DNA of 64,000 nt from Perkinsus chesapeaki ATCC PRA-425. Lineage: Eukaryota > Protista > Perkinsozoa. The stretch lies in assembly GCA_013115145.1 (NCBI GenBank), contig JAAPAO010000099.1, positions 14,397 to 78,396 on the forward strand, read 5' to 3'. Under the pieces are notes generated by a model. That model was not told the origin of the DNA. It did not search any database and saw only the letters and a program-made list of their open reading frames with translations. This document shows positions 50,745 through 64,000 of this stretch, piece after piece; position 1 is the stretch's first letter; each line of letters begins with the position of its first letter. A program made the position numbers and the translations under genes.

Positions 50745-51620
50745 ATGTCATCAGCACCAATATATAACTTCAATCAGGCAGTATCAGCCGATGCATTTGA
50801 AGTAGAGGAGTTTAGGTAGTAGTCAGTAGTATTCACTGGATACAGCAGTAGCAGCGGGAGTGGGGTATTCAGTATATATGGATATGCCTACTGTAATGTA
50901 TATATAAGGAGGGAGGGGAGGCATACAGGGAAACATCGAATAGAGGGAGCAGCAAGAATGTGTTTGGTGTTATTTTTTTGGTCTAGGATCACACTTCCAA
51001 CTAGATTAGCATTTTCGGCTTTTAAAGAATACAACTCTCGTGAGCTTAAATGTATCTGCGGTATTAATAATGTTGCTCTTAGACGTCGAACAAGGTTGCA
51101 TGAGGAGGCGACAGCAGAGGCTGAGAAGTCTATTAGCAGTATTAAGCCATCTCGACGGATAAGGGTTAAGAAGAATAACAAAGAGAAGGAGGACGAATCA
51201 CAACCAGCTGCTGAGGATGATGAGGGTGGCGTAATAACAAAGGGATGGGTTGATATGATGGGAGGGGGTATTATCAACAAATAGTGAGTGCTGATATAGG
51301 GTACTACTAGTAGTAGTAGTAAATCTATGATACATACATCTTACATTTTAACTTATTAATAAGTATGGAGATATAAGTACTATAGTATATATTCAACATT
51401 CGAGTCGCCGGTAGTTTAGAGTTTTGTTATAATTTTCTTTTTGTATAGAAGGATTGTCAGTGTATATATAGTTCTTGTTGGTATGCAGTGTACTCTATTC
51501 AGTGCTGCTGTTATTATTATTCAGCCCACATTACTTGATCTCAAGCATCGGCATTTGGAGAGTATGAGGAAGGATAAAGAAGATATGCAAGACCAAGATG
51601 GTGGATACAAACGATTTCAG
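50745..51620 (+). CDS. Uncharacterised multi-exon gene; 3' end approximate
   Basis: The frame is maintained across a GT-AG intron (MSSAPIYNF..EEFR|ITLPTRLAF..). No family was recognised. Confidence 0.45.
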
Positions 51621-51805
51621 GTAATAAACTACACATGCCTTTTGTCTTCGCATTGCCATGGTAATGGTATAGAGAAAGTGTGAATAGGCCTTATATTAGA
51701 GTTCAAAGGGGGGCATGCGTTAGTTTTGTGGTAAGAAGACACTTTCTGGTTATTATTACGTTATGTCGGATTTGCTTAAGCAATGGACAATTGTTTATGT
51801 TTTAG

Positions 51806-52890
51806 ATGGAGGAGTACACTAGTGAGGATAGTCATCTAAAGTCCAAGGGGAAGCTTATACAGTTAGCCATATTGAGGGCATGATGAGACGGAAATATGGT
51901 ATGATTAGATACTATTGCTCACTGTGTGGGCAGATGGCATTGGTCACAGATTGCCCTTTGAACGAGCTACCTAGAAGGTCCACAGATAATGCTGTAGCCC
52001 TTGATGAGAACAAGTAGTATACTTGCTTAAGGATGGGGCTTCGAGATGACCACTGGGAATATATTCATTTAATTATATCGGTTGTCTATTGGAGGTTTCA
52101 AATCACTGATAGGTATTATTCTTCTGTGCATGTACTCACCACGCCAGGCAAAACTGTGTCTGGCAGTGTGGGAGTAAAGATAGTTGAGCAGCTTACAAGG
52201 AGCTAAACAGCTTAGCTGGGCCTCAGTAAGGCCCAAACAGATACGCGGTAAACAGATTAAAATATTATGCAACTATTGTTGATAAAAGCATAACTTTTAC
52301 TACTTTAACTAGGGAATATTCTATACTGTTGATGTCGTCTTATTCCGCAAGGCTGCTGTTGCTACTCTTGCTTGGTGGAGTATCGTCTCTTCCTTGATTC
52401 AGGCATTTCCATAAGAAGTATCTAGCATTGGGTCAACGTGTATGCCTTGACCGGGGGAATAATAAGATTGAGATACAGTATCGGTATAACTGTAAAAATA
52501 ATAGATGTGGGTAGTAATAATAATGGACGGGCTAGATAACGAAGCAAGGTTTGTCTACATAACGTACTTTGAAGAATAAGATTTTGGGGTTTTGTGTTCT
52601 TGCCAATTATATTGACCATATATGACATGCCGATGATGATGATGCTTTTAAACATATTGAGCCATATTGAATAGATCGATTAACCGTTTAATGCTGTGTA
52701 TAAATGTACTTCTTCGATCATTGTTATCAGGATACCCATTGCTTATAGGACAACACTAGAGGACACTGAGGAGAGTGGATCTGCTCTATTCACGTAATAA
52801 TAATATTGTATATATCATTTATTATATGTTATTACCAGGTATATAATAAAGGGGAGCTTGCTTAAAGAACAATCCAAGGCTGCTAGGTAG
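51806..52890 (+). CDS. STEEP1: STEEP1 / CXorf56 (UPF0428) homologue, multi-exon
   Basis: Exons YTSED..YYCSLCGQMALVTDCPLNELPRRSTD, DRGNNKIEIQYRYNCK..CG, IAYR and YIIKGSL match the family pattern as recalled. Confidence 0.8.
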
Positions 52891-54004
52891 TATGCACGGG
52901 AAGACGGGGGAATGAGGGCAGCACCAGCAGCAGCCACCTGCCATACGTATCCATTGTGCAGCGTTAATACTGGTGCTGGTTAGGTTGGTGCAATATATCC
53001 TACGCAAAAGGCTGTTATCTCACAGTTTGTAACCTTTTGTGAGCGTGAGCGGGAATTGCTATGAGCCGAATGAGGGGGTCTTGAATGACGGTGTGTTTAC
53101 TAGCATTATGGTCGTCAGCGTCATCATCATCACTATCATGTCTACTAGCATTTTATTAGTATTCCCAGGGACAGCAAAACGGTTGTCATTAGCAGACTTT
53201 TGTCGATAGGGGATCGAGATAATGATATATGCATGTCGATATTAGATGGCTATACATAGCCCCCCTCAGTTACAAGCAGATTGTCTAATCATCTCTTATT
53301 ATCATTAAGCAGCATTGTCAATAATAAACACTCATAAGATTCAATAAAACTGTGGTATACCTGTAGAATGTACTTTGGTATCAAAATTAGTCCCCAGTTA
53401 TGAGGTTAGGAGTATATTAATTATCAGGTTTAATGCCACTACCCGTGCTAAGTTCCTCGATGCTGATAGTTCAGTTGCAGCATCCAGTACTGAAGAGGAG
53501 TAAATTACAGCTTCACCTGTTTACTAATAGTTGTTGTTGTTGAGTAGATAAAGTCCTCTGTTTGAGGTCTCTATACAGGGTGGAGAAATATTGAATGTTA
53601 CTATGTTACATAATTCACGTATAGTCCTTAGGGACAGACTGTATTATAAGTTACAGTGTCATATTATAGATCATATAATTACAACTATTTATCAAAGTTA
53701 CAACTACTACGTTACTATCATGTAACAATAACTAGGCTAAATTAACTGTTATTTAATTCTATAAATTAACTAAGGTACTACGTTATATTTAAATATGTTA
53801 TCATTACTAATACCATCATTAATTATTATTATATTATTATTAATAATAAACCTAATAAGTGAAAGCACGTGTGTATTTTGTAGTTACTTATATTGTTAAT
53901 ACTTGTAGATATCCTTATTCGTAGCTTATTATTATGATAGCTTTATATTTACTGCATCACTGTTTTAGTAAGTTGTCTACTCTGTTTGATAACCCTCTTT
54001 ATCG

Positions 54005-55203
54005 ATGTCTTCCTCTTCACCACAGAAACAGCAGCAGCAGCATCCACCACAACAACAAGCCGTCACTCTACCATCAAAGCTGGTTGACTGGATAGACAGC
54101 AATGAGGAGGTAGTGATCAATGCACTATTGGACGGCACTTTAGCCTTATGTTAATATATCAGTTGGAGTTTGTCCTTATGCGAGTCCCTGGCGATATGGA
54201 TTTATCACAGCTTAATGGAGTAGCTATTGAACCTACAGAGGATTCTCAGGTAGCAGTGATATCCAGATAAGAGAGTGAATCGGAGCGTACATTGGCTTAG
54301 CCAATTTGGCTACTGGAACAACTATTAAATTATAAGGAATGTTCAATGGGTTGGAACAACGACCCTGTTGTTGTTACGGAACACTTTTTACAGAGAACCT
54401 CTGTACGTAGCCCTTGCCTGCTGTTTTTAACTGAAACAGCTGTTTTTTATATTGAGTAGACCGTATTTAAAGTTACATAAATTGGTTATTACAGGAGTCG
54501 TAATTCTCTGTATAGAAAACTGGATGGGTAGTTGACATGTTTCGTATGTAGCCCATTCCCCTTCCTGATGAGGTCTATGAGATAGATGCCCAAAAGCATC
54601 ATATGATAGCAGTTGCATCATCTACAGATGATTCAGCAGGGATATTAGGACAGGTAATGCTGCTGCTGCTCTGGTTGTTGTTGTTGTTGTTGTTGGTAAG
54701 AGTGATATAATACCAATTATTCAGGTGTTCCCATTGTTGCCGGATAAAGCAAAGGAAGGGACAAACCCTAAGGTAAGTTATTAGATGTGTTAGAGTCGAA
54801 GGGCTATCGTCAAAAACAATAACCTTAGCATGAGCTTCAAACGTTATTATTCATAATACTGGTAATTACAGAAGTACTCCACGGATGCTGAGATGCTGAG
54901 ATTGATCTTGTATAGCTTGACAAATAGACTAGAAACTCCCTATCAAGATATTATTATTATTATCGCTTTGTGGTGAAAAGTGCTGGTACTTGATTGTAAA
55001 TGAGCGCTATGTTCCTCATGGCTTCATCATCATCATCAGCAGCAGCATGAGTTAAGCGGTAATGTGTAGGTCCTGAGTTGCCGTCGTTTAAATCGATTCT
55101 CCCGTACTATATCGATACATAAGGCGAGTAAGAGTGAACGGACTAAGAAGAGGAGGAGGTCTGCTGGGAAGAGTGTTAAAAAGGAAATAGTCAAAAAACA
55201 GGT
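54005..55203 (+). CDS. Uncharacterised multi-exon gene; boundaries approximate
   Basis: Several short GT-AG-bounded open segments (MSSSSPQK..WIDSNEE, LNGVAIEPTEDSQ, VFPLLPDKAKEGTNPK). Confidence 0.35.
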
Positions 55204-55858
55204 AATAAGCCATCCTACTTATTAAACACATAAACCCTGAACCCCAATTTTATAATACGATTTAATGCTAAATAAAGGCCGTCGATATTCGCTCGCCAAA
55301 CAGCGAAAGTTTCTGTCCCCCCAGGGCGATAAAAAGCAATGTAAGCTCTGTCATTTGGGGAAATGGTGGTAATGGTGGCATGCAGTTATCGAAGCGTTGT
55401 TGTATTCAAGCGATACTCTATTTTTCCCAGCAACTCTTGCATCACCACGTTACCACCGTTGTATATATCCCATCACCCCATTCGTCTCTGTAATGTTTGT
55501 TATCCCCTACCTTCAGGAGCTTACCAAGGTGGAAGAGTGAGCGTGGGTGGAGCCAGCATCATCATCAAGCTTAGCGTTTACTGCCCATCCTTATACGTCG
55601 TTTCTACTACTGCCAATAAACATGCTTCTTGTGTTGTTGCACAGTGGACCAATAGGATGTGCTTTAGTGGTATGATAGTACGAATGAACACTTATTCCTG
55701 TACCATCGCGATCACTATAGCCTTTGTCAAGGCAGCATTTACTTGATAACAGGTTTGTAAATAGAACATGTATGAGAGGATATCTCAGGAGAATACAGGA
55801 GGGATTACCTTATTCAATAGGCCTTGTTCTTGTTGTTATTATTAAGATTGCCTGTTAA

Positions 55859-58800
55859 ATGTCCTCCTTCCCGTTTGATCCCCGTATATTACTGGACGTA
55901 TCACAGCCATATACCCCAGAGAAGGTCCAGGCCTTGGATCAGGTTGTTGCTGCAATGTAATACTATACAACACTATAAGAACCTTCCTTCACATAAGAAA
56001 GAAGTGAAAGACTGGATACCATTCTCTGAACTCTTCTCCTCATGTTGCCTTCTTTATACAGTAGTGCATATCATTCAGCTCCAATGGGTAGACATATTGC
56101 TACTGCTAATAACCTATATAACGTTCTACGTATAACCCTTCTTTAATGGAGTCTAGAGTTTAATTAAATAGGATATCGGTGAAACGCTAGAAAGTTAGAA
56201 ACCGTAGAAGAGTCAAACATAATACCTTTTGCGGGGAATCCGAGCCATTTAGCTTCAGAGGAAGTAGGGGTAATTTATTATAACAGGTACAGTGGTAATG
56301 AGGACCAACGACGTATTTCCGATGAGATCCTTCGAACGTTAAAATCTAATGAGGGATCATGGAGGCTGGTGGATGGCATTCTATCAATGAGTCAGGATGC
56401 AAATACTAAATTCTATGTAATACGGGAAGTACGGGGCAATACTATGATGAATCACTAAAGCGAACCTTGTACATATGCCTTTCATTCAAGGGCAGCCTCC
56501 TCTTGGGGGGTTAACTAGTACAGTGTATTTTACAAACGGAAATTAGTTATGCTTGAGTTACACCTGACCAACTAAAACCATTCGCAGTCACTTTTGCTCT
56601 ACGAAGGCTATTGTTCTCGGACTTACGTGACGTGCGTAAAGGAATATCCAAGAAGGTGTCACTGGAGGTTTTAACATGCCTTATGGTTTGATGATATCAA
56701 GTTATACTACTCTATTAGTGATGTTGTACCAATGAAAGGGGAAACGGTATTGAAGATGATGATGTGTTAGGGGGGAGCAATCTGTGATGCCTTCGTTTAT
56801 TCCGATTTATTTGCCGTTTGCGCCGCCGCCCCATTGTTGTCTAGTCGCTTATCACTTCAATCAGGATACCTGATACCTATCCGCAGTATTTACTGTTTAG
56901 GCATTACAAATATTAAAAGAAGCTATAAATACACGATGGAATACAATAGAGAAAGTGAATCAGGTAGTATAGTAGTAATTAGGGTCATAGGCCCCCCTTA
57001 CCACTGATTACCTATTTATTACTACTACCACAAGGAGCTATCTAGCTTCGTGGAATAATGCTCCTACTAGGATATAATGGGCCTATATTTAGCCAGCACA
57101 TCTGCTTCTCCTACAAAAAACGGCTGCATTCCTTGTAGTATCGGCTGACATTAGCCCTCTATAACTTGTTATCGTCTATGTAGTGAATATATGATTTATG
57201 TCTTTATTATTATTATTATTACTGCAGGATGGCATCAAGTCATATGTGGTATCATTGAATATTGAGTTAGCCCAAAGAGGATCAGATCCTCAGACCCGGC
57301 ACTTTCTCATGAAGCTTAATGAGACTTTAGTATGTCTAGTTAAACAGGTAATTAGCTATTCAGTGTTTACTGCCGTATGCGCCTTTGATTTGCGTTAAAA
57401 ATTCTGATCTATGAACAAGTCGTACTGGCATTTATTGGACAGAAATGATCTTATGCAACCTTGCAATGGATTGAAGTATTTTTGAGGAGAAATTATAATC
57501 ATTTGTTGATGTATTTTCTCAGGAGTGGCGGCTCAACGAGTGGGAGTCGTTCATACCCGATTTATGTAAAAGGCTCTCTAGCATCGGCGCTCCACATTCC
57601 TTCTTTCAGGCACATCTGCAAGAAGCTCACAGAATCTCTGTGAGAACAATCTTAAGATTCTCCAAATGCTTTCGGAAGAGGTGGGTGCCGCAGGGTTGTT
57701 CTCATGCGTGGCTATTTTCCAGTTTCTCCCTGGTGATTCCCACGTCTTCCACGCCACACGATTGCTCAAGCTAGGGAGTAAATAAACGCTTGATTCAGGT
57801 ATTCGATTTTGGCCCAGAGACTATGACATCGAGTCGGGTATTGAAGATGAAGCAAACCATGAGCTCACAGTTTGCTTGTATATTCGACCTATGTAAGATA
57901 ATATTAGATTATCAGATCATCAAAGACAATCATGATGATAATGCCCATGTCGATTTAGAGCAGTTACCAGCTATTCTCAGGTATGTTCTTATTCAAAAGC
58001 TACATAGCAGATAAGAGCTCAGTCCGAGAGAGTCTTATCAAGACAACCTTAACAACACTGTCTCACTTCTTAAAGTGGATTCCTCTTGGTTATGTAAGTT
58101 TTAATTATTGGTATTCATTAGTAAAATCTAGATATGCACTATATTTGTTCTACTAAATATATTACACAGGAATATAACATTCAGGTGGAGAGTAACCAGC
58201 GGCTATCAGTTTGAGTTACTTTGCTAGCAAAGAGCTTTCTAAGTTTTGCTAGTCCCTCGTGCTGGGTGCTATCCAAGCATATATGGTTCAGGTGTTTGAG
58301 ACCGACCTCCTCCCTACTCTATTGGGTCATTTCTGGGATCCGTTATGTTTCCGTATAGAGTGTGCTCGATGCCTTAATGAAGTAGCATGCTTAAAAGTAG
58401 AAGATGATCCTGATTCGGGAAAGTAAGCCGGTCGAGGATAACGCTATTCGGAGCGCCTGCTCGAACACCCCTCTCCCACGGAATCATTCACCTTCATGAC
58501 CGTGCTACCCAGCGCGTTCGCGTACTCTTTAAGAGCGCTAGTGTCATTGCTGTAAAGGTGTAAACCCATTTTGGGCTGGTTGTGGCTAGAGTCGTTGTTG
58601 TTTTTCAGGTATGAGCCGGTGCTCTTACAGTGTTTTGCTGCCGTTGTTAATAAACTACACAGCCTTCCACTGGAGGTGTTTGAAAATTTCGAAGGTCTGC
58701 GTGGTCAAAATCGACTCTACTGGGAAGTCTTCATTAACCAAGTAGGGCGGCGGACTTTAAGATATTCAATTTACTTGTCATGCTATTGTCTCAGTTAGCG

Positions 58801-61800
58801 CTACTTCTCACTAACTTCATTCGCTGCAACATGAAGGCTGTGGTCGGAGTGAGTATCCTAATTTAATAGATAGATTTGATAGACATTGTATTGGTCATCA
58901 TTTTAGGCCTACGAGATTACAGGACCAGCCCTAGCAGCCTTGGCAAGGATTACGGCTATACCTAACGATGAAATATTCAAAATTTGTGTGGAGTTTTGGC
59001 AGATGTTTGGTGCTCAATTGTAACCAGATTTGGTTTGGGGCTTTCATAAAGTGTCGATGGTTCCTAGGTACCTTGATCGAGAGAAAGCTCGAAGAGAGAA
59101 CGCTAAGAGTGCCAACTCGCAACAGCAGCAGCAACAACAAGCACCGTTGATGCTCAGGTAAGCTGCTCCGATGACTTGAAAATATATTCTATAGTTTGTA
59201 ATAAGTATGTGGTATTTCCTAACTCGCATGATTCTCCGCTGAATAGTATACATTTCTTTCTCCAGCCTGACGGTATAACACAATATTTAGCTTCTACTTG
59301 TCTCAGTCTGAGTGGTTCGACAGGGATGTCTGTCGATGTTAAGGCCATAAACGGTGGTGACGAGGATGAGATAGTTACAAAGTATCAGCCAATACTGGAT
59401 AACGTAAGCCTCATCTTCTTCCTCCTCCATGCTTTTATCATTTATACTTAGCTCATCACTGTCAGGTTAGGAGAGTTATGATTACACGAATGGCCAAGCC
59501 ACCAGAGGTTACAATTAAAGAGAATGAAGACGGAGAGATTGTAGGTTGTTGAAGTTGAGGAAGTGATCGTCGTTAAAATTCCTTAAAGACCGAACTGGGC
59601 ATGAATAGCATCTAACACCTTTTTGTTAACATCCGGCAGTATTCGACTAACTTGTTCTTTTCCAGGTACGAGAAGGTGAAGTAGACACAGATGAGTTGGG
59701 CATGTACCGTATGATGAGGGAGTGTTTGATATATCTCACACATCTCGACCCCGCTAGCATGGTGAACATCATGATGGACATACTCACCCAGTGAGCCGCC
59801 CCCGCCGCCACTACTTTCCATGTGTTCTTGTCTTCATATCTTCGTTTTGTCGGGTATACAGCATCGGGGTTTCTTAGATTCGGTACGAGCCAGATAAATG
59901 CGGACCACAAGAAGAAGGAATCGCCATCGGACTGGAATTGCGCCTTGCTCAATCGGCTGTGCTGGTGGGCTTTGTGTTCATAGAGTTCTGTTATCCGACA
60001 TGTACTGCTGCTGCTTAAGGTCCGTGGGTTCCATTTCGGGTGCTCTACCTGAGAGGGAGGAAAAGAGCTTCGTGGTATGTTATAATACCTTTGGACGTTA
60101 ACATGTTAACCTCCTCTGTCACTTTCAGGTCAACGTCATCAAGGACCTGCTAACATTATGTGAGGTTAAAAGAGGAGTCGAAAATAAAGCTATGGTTGCT
60201 TCATGTTTAATGTGAGTTCCTTTCTTAGTAGTCTCTCCTGGCGAAAGGGCTAAATCATTTACCTTGTATGATATGAGTCGTATCTTATTCGGTTATAACG
60301 CAGTAAAGTTATGTATTCGGGGATTGCATTCTCTATGGAAAAACTACCCAGGCTACTGGAGCTGCTGCACTCACGACTGAAAGCTATCTTGAGATTATAT
60401 AAATGCTATCAGGTATGTTGTTGGACAATATCCTCGATTCCTGAAGGCACACTGGAGGTTCTTAAAAAGTGTCGTCAATAAGCTCTTTGAGTTTATGCAC
60501 GAGCCTTTCCCTGGAGTGAGAGAAGTGTGATTGAGTCTCCTCTTATTCTGTGACTGTCAGGTCAAAGATATGGCTACTGACACTTTTCTACGCATTTGCC
60601 AGAAGTGCAACAAAAAGATGGTTATTCTACAATCTGGTGAGGCCACTCCTTTCGTCAACCAGGTGAGACCTTTCCACTTACAACAGTCACCCGAGACGGG
60701 TGTTGTGGGTGGTGGTTTGAGCAACGGTGGATTGGTGTTCTATAGGTTATCAAGGCGATTCCCCAAGAGACAGCCGATCTTGACGTCCTCCAGCTTTGCA
60801 ATTTCTATGAAGCGATGGGGAAAATTATATCTGGTAGGACTAGTTTAGCTGTGTTCCCAACGAAGCTCGTTTGTGGTCATTCCACTTTGTGTTTGGGGCA
60901 CTTGTTAGTAACAAGCTACATCCCCCGTAGGAGCTAGGTGTTACCCTAGCTCCTACGGGGGCTGAAGCGCTCTTACGCGTCGTGCGATGTCCTTTTCAGG
61001 TGTTCCTGACATTTCTAAGCAAACTGCATTGGTGAACGAGGCAATGATGGATGTGCGGTCAAAATGGAGCGCGGTGCTTCAAAGGGCGTCCTTCGGCGAT
61101 GAAAGGATTCTTGCAGAAGATCAGCAAGTAGGATGAAATCAACCCGCTTCTCTCATCACTGTTACGTTTCTAACAGGCAATCCGGACGATATCAGCAATT
61201 CTGCGTTGCTACGAGCGCATGGCGGTGGGTGCTGGGATCGCTTGCGGGGACGCTATCAAGGATATCTACGGGGATGTCTTACTAGTAAGCCCATGTGCAC
61301 TCAGGAGATTAGGCCTCCGGGAGCGAGTCCCATTCTGGAGCAGCTTTTTCTGATATATTCTATTGTGTGTTTTCACAGTTGTACGGCACTTAGACCAGAA
61401 GACATCTTTTTTGATGTTTGGAAGGATTTCATTAAAGTTTGTCCGCAGGTGTACAAGCTCTACTCGCAATGCGTCGGAGCTTCTAGTGGCTCATCAGCAT
61501 TATTTTCCTGGGAAAATGTAAAGCTCATGCGCAAGGTGATACGGACTCGTAAACTGTGAAGCGTCTTCTATAGAATTCTCATTTATCCAGGTCAAGCGAG
61601 ACGTTCTCCGACTTGTTCGCTCCTTCGTAGACTCGGCGGTATCGGAACAAGATCGAATGAAATCTGCTCATATTCAGTTACCGAGTGAGTCTCTGACCAA
61701 GCTGGCTACGTTTTCATTACTAGTCGTGGTCGGACCTGACTCTTACGCAAAAATGTTCACCCTGAAACTGACGATTTCATATTTGTTTAGGTGATGTGCG

Positions 61801-63492
61801 AGTCCTCATCTGCTCACACTTTATACCACCTATGCTCGAACCCGTCTTAGTGGACTATAATCTAGCTCCTGTTGAGAATAAAGACTCAGAAGTAAGCAGA
61901 TACATGTCTCATCGTATGTGTCGCCCCTGAAACTCCGCAATATTCTATAATTGGGTGAGGGCGCTATGTCTGTTGAAGAGTGCTGTGAGTCTGTACGTAT
62001 TAGCTTTATACCCTTGAATGCTCTTAGGTTATGAATCTCCTTACAACCATGTGTTCGCGGTTATCAAGCTCGGTGGTTGGCATGCTGCCTATGATGTTCG
62101 ATCAAGTATTCGAATCTACTCTTGGAATGATTAAAGATGATTTCACGTCGTGAGTCATTTTGGGCTGTTTTCAGTCCCATTTTGCAAGGAACAGACCTAC
62201 TTTGTAGGTTCCCAGATCACAGGCTTGCTTTTTTCGAGCTGCTCAGTGCTATGAATGAGAACTGCTTTGAGTCGTTATTCCTACTACCAAGTCACGACTT
62301 GAGACTATTTGTCGAGTCCATGGTCAGTAAAATGATCAGCCTGTTAGTATAGCTTTGTCAATAGTCTGTCATTCATAGGTCTTCGGAATACGCCACGAGC
62401 ACCCCACCATAGCGGAAATTGCTTTGAAACTCCTTGCAAGGTAGGATCTGGGTCCTGGTGTGGGGCTTGAAGCTTGTAAATTACATGTGGTGAAAAATGG
62501 CCATAAATAGTGGCCATAAAGTCCCGATGCGGGGCTTGCCATTGTCCGTCTTTTAATCGTTGTTCCTATTATGCAATGCTGACCAGTGTCTGTGTTAGGT
62601 TCCTCGCGCAGGTCACGGCTAATCCTACTCTAGCTCAATCGTTCTTCTCGGAGTACTACGAGAGTCTTCTGAAGCAGGTATGCTGAACTCCCCCGTCAGT
62701 ATGGAAGTTTGAGCAGGTTCTTCTGGTTATGACCGATCGGCATCATAAATCCGGGTTCCGACAGCAAGTGGAGATATTATCCAAGCTCATATCAGTGTCA
62801 GCTAACTCGCAGTCTCTTGGTGTGCCGAACAAGGATCGTAAGTGTCCTATTCTACTCAGTAACACCTACTTGCGTAGAAGCGGGATTTCCCACTACTCAC
62901 AGAAATTGTCCCAACGAGTTTCCTTAGTATATGCGCTACTCAGTATGCCAGGTACCATGCAATTTTTGTTGGAAGTACTCTCTTCGTCCTTCAACACGAC
63001 AACCAGGGTATCGTCCCGTTACGTTTGATTCCTCAAAATCTATCCCTCAGGTCGAGCTCGAAGCGTTTGTCATTTCGCTGTTCGCCAAGTGTAATGGGCC
63101 AGCTCAAGATTTTGCTCGATGCGTAGAGAACCGCTTCCGCGTATTCTGCGTTATACGTAATGTAGGTGCAAGACTTTCTTGTTGGCCTTCGGGAGTTCTC
63201 TGGTACGACGCCAGAGGAAATCGATACGTATGAGCAGGATAAACGTAAGCAGTGGGCTGTTGTGTTGGAGTAGCCTATTATCGCGTTCGGTCGTGTCTGT
63301 TATAGAAGATGGGTCTTCAGGGAGGGCACTCAACGAGCTTCTGCAGGGTCGATCAGTTCGCAATGAGGCTGCCAAGGCCGAGTTCCGGCAAATGGACAAG
63401 ATGGTTCCCGGCCTCGTCCCGCAGTACAGCTTTGATTTTCGTATTCATCCATTGGACTTGACAGGTACCATCCCCTGCGCGATGAGGAGTAG
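55859..63492 (+). CDS. XPO1: Exportin-1 (CRM1), multi-exon
   Basis: Exons [30 protein letters not shown]|[93 protein letters not shown] and DFLVGLREF. Confidence 0.97.
60922..60961. repeat. Perfect 17-bp-arm hairpin in an XPO1 intron
   Basis: CCCCCGTAGGAGCTAGG-TGTTAC-CCTAGCTCCTACGGGGG. Confidence 0.95.
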
Positions 63493-63634
63493 GGGGATTG
63501 ACGAAGCCGCATATTTGGTCCAGGGTTGTGTGATTCTGACGGCTGAGGTTGATACTTCCAATATGTTTCTCTTGCCACAATTTGCTTGTTGAGTAGATCC
63601 GCAGGTGGGGTCCTGTCTCTTCCAATATGAGGCA

Positions 63635-63681
63635 TTAGAATTAGCTCGCCGAGAGCTTAGAATTAGCTCGCCGAGAGCTTA
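63635..63681. repeat. 22-bp tandem duplication downstream of XPO1
   Basis: TTAGAATTAGCTCGCCGAGAGC x2. Confidence 0.9.
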
Positions 63682-64000
63682 AAGTTGGTACCTTGCTTCA
63701 CTCGTAACTCTCACGCCAAAAAATTATGAGGTTATCTTTTTCCCCATCACCCTGTATATTAGGCGTCCTAAAATGTAGTTATCACCTGAGATAGCATTCG
63801 AACGCAAATCACTGAGCCTGACAACTGGAGACGCGACATCTGGGGCGACAGCTTAGATCAAGTATGCTCAGTGAATAAACAACATCCGAGCGACTCCCTG
63901 CAACAGATGGCTGATAAGTTATTTTACTTAAGACCTGCGGTCAGACTCTGATCATCAGAGGCTAGGACTCAGCGACTAGGTAGATATGATTGAGCAAAGA

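Noticed and set aside
54296-54316. Relict dinoflagellate/Perkinsus spliced leader on the minus strand
   Set aside because: It needs two indels and two mismatches, and the similarity comes from a short TAGCCA/TGGCTA palindrome that the leader also contains.
54005-54960. PITH-domain assignment
   Set aside because: Only a vague resemblance of two short peptides, so it is left as uncharacterised.

Overview
Eukaryotic, intron-rich protist DNA with compact genes, short GT-AG introns and the standard genetic code. It looks most like a Perkinsus-type alveolate, which is an inference and not proven. From left to right: the 3' ~4.9 kb of a tyrosine-recombinase (DIRS/Ngaro-class) retrotransposon, whose RT/RNase H is frameshifted and whose YR has one premature stop; a TraB-domain gene; mitochondrial EF-Tu with an intronic minisatellite and an assembly gap; a Tc1/IS630-like HTH-only gene; tRNA-Gln(TTG); a RING-CH/FHA gene; an intronless secreted-protein ORF; a decayed PIF/Harbinger transposase; a protein kinase; two paralogous genes with tandem AP2-like domains; PP4R3/SMEK; a STEEP1/CXorf56 homologue; and exportin-1 (CRM1). 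The most unusual signals are three. (1) The retroelement 3' end combines a 191-bp split direct repeat with a perfect 34-bp inverted repeat sharing a TATTTA core. (2) Several unrelated long palindromes have 23-24-bp arms and a 1-nt centre, and one can be reconstructed as a 37-nt fold-back insertion that broke the RT ORF. (3) The AP2-like pair has one intronless intact copy and one intron-bearing copy with a stop codon. Exon boundaries were read by eye and are approximate where stated.
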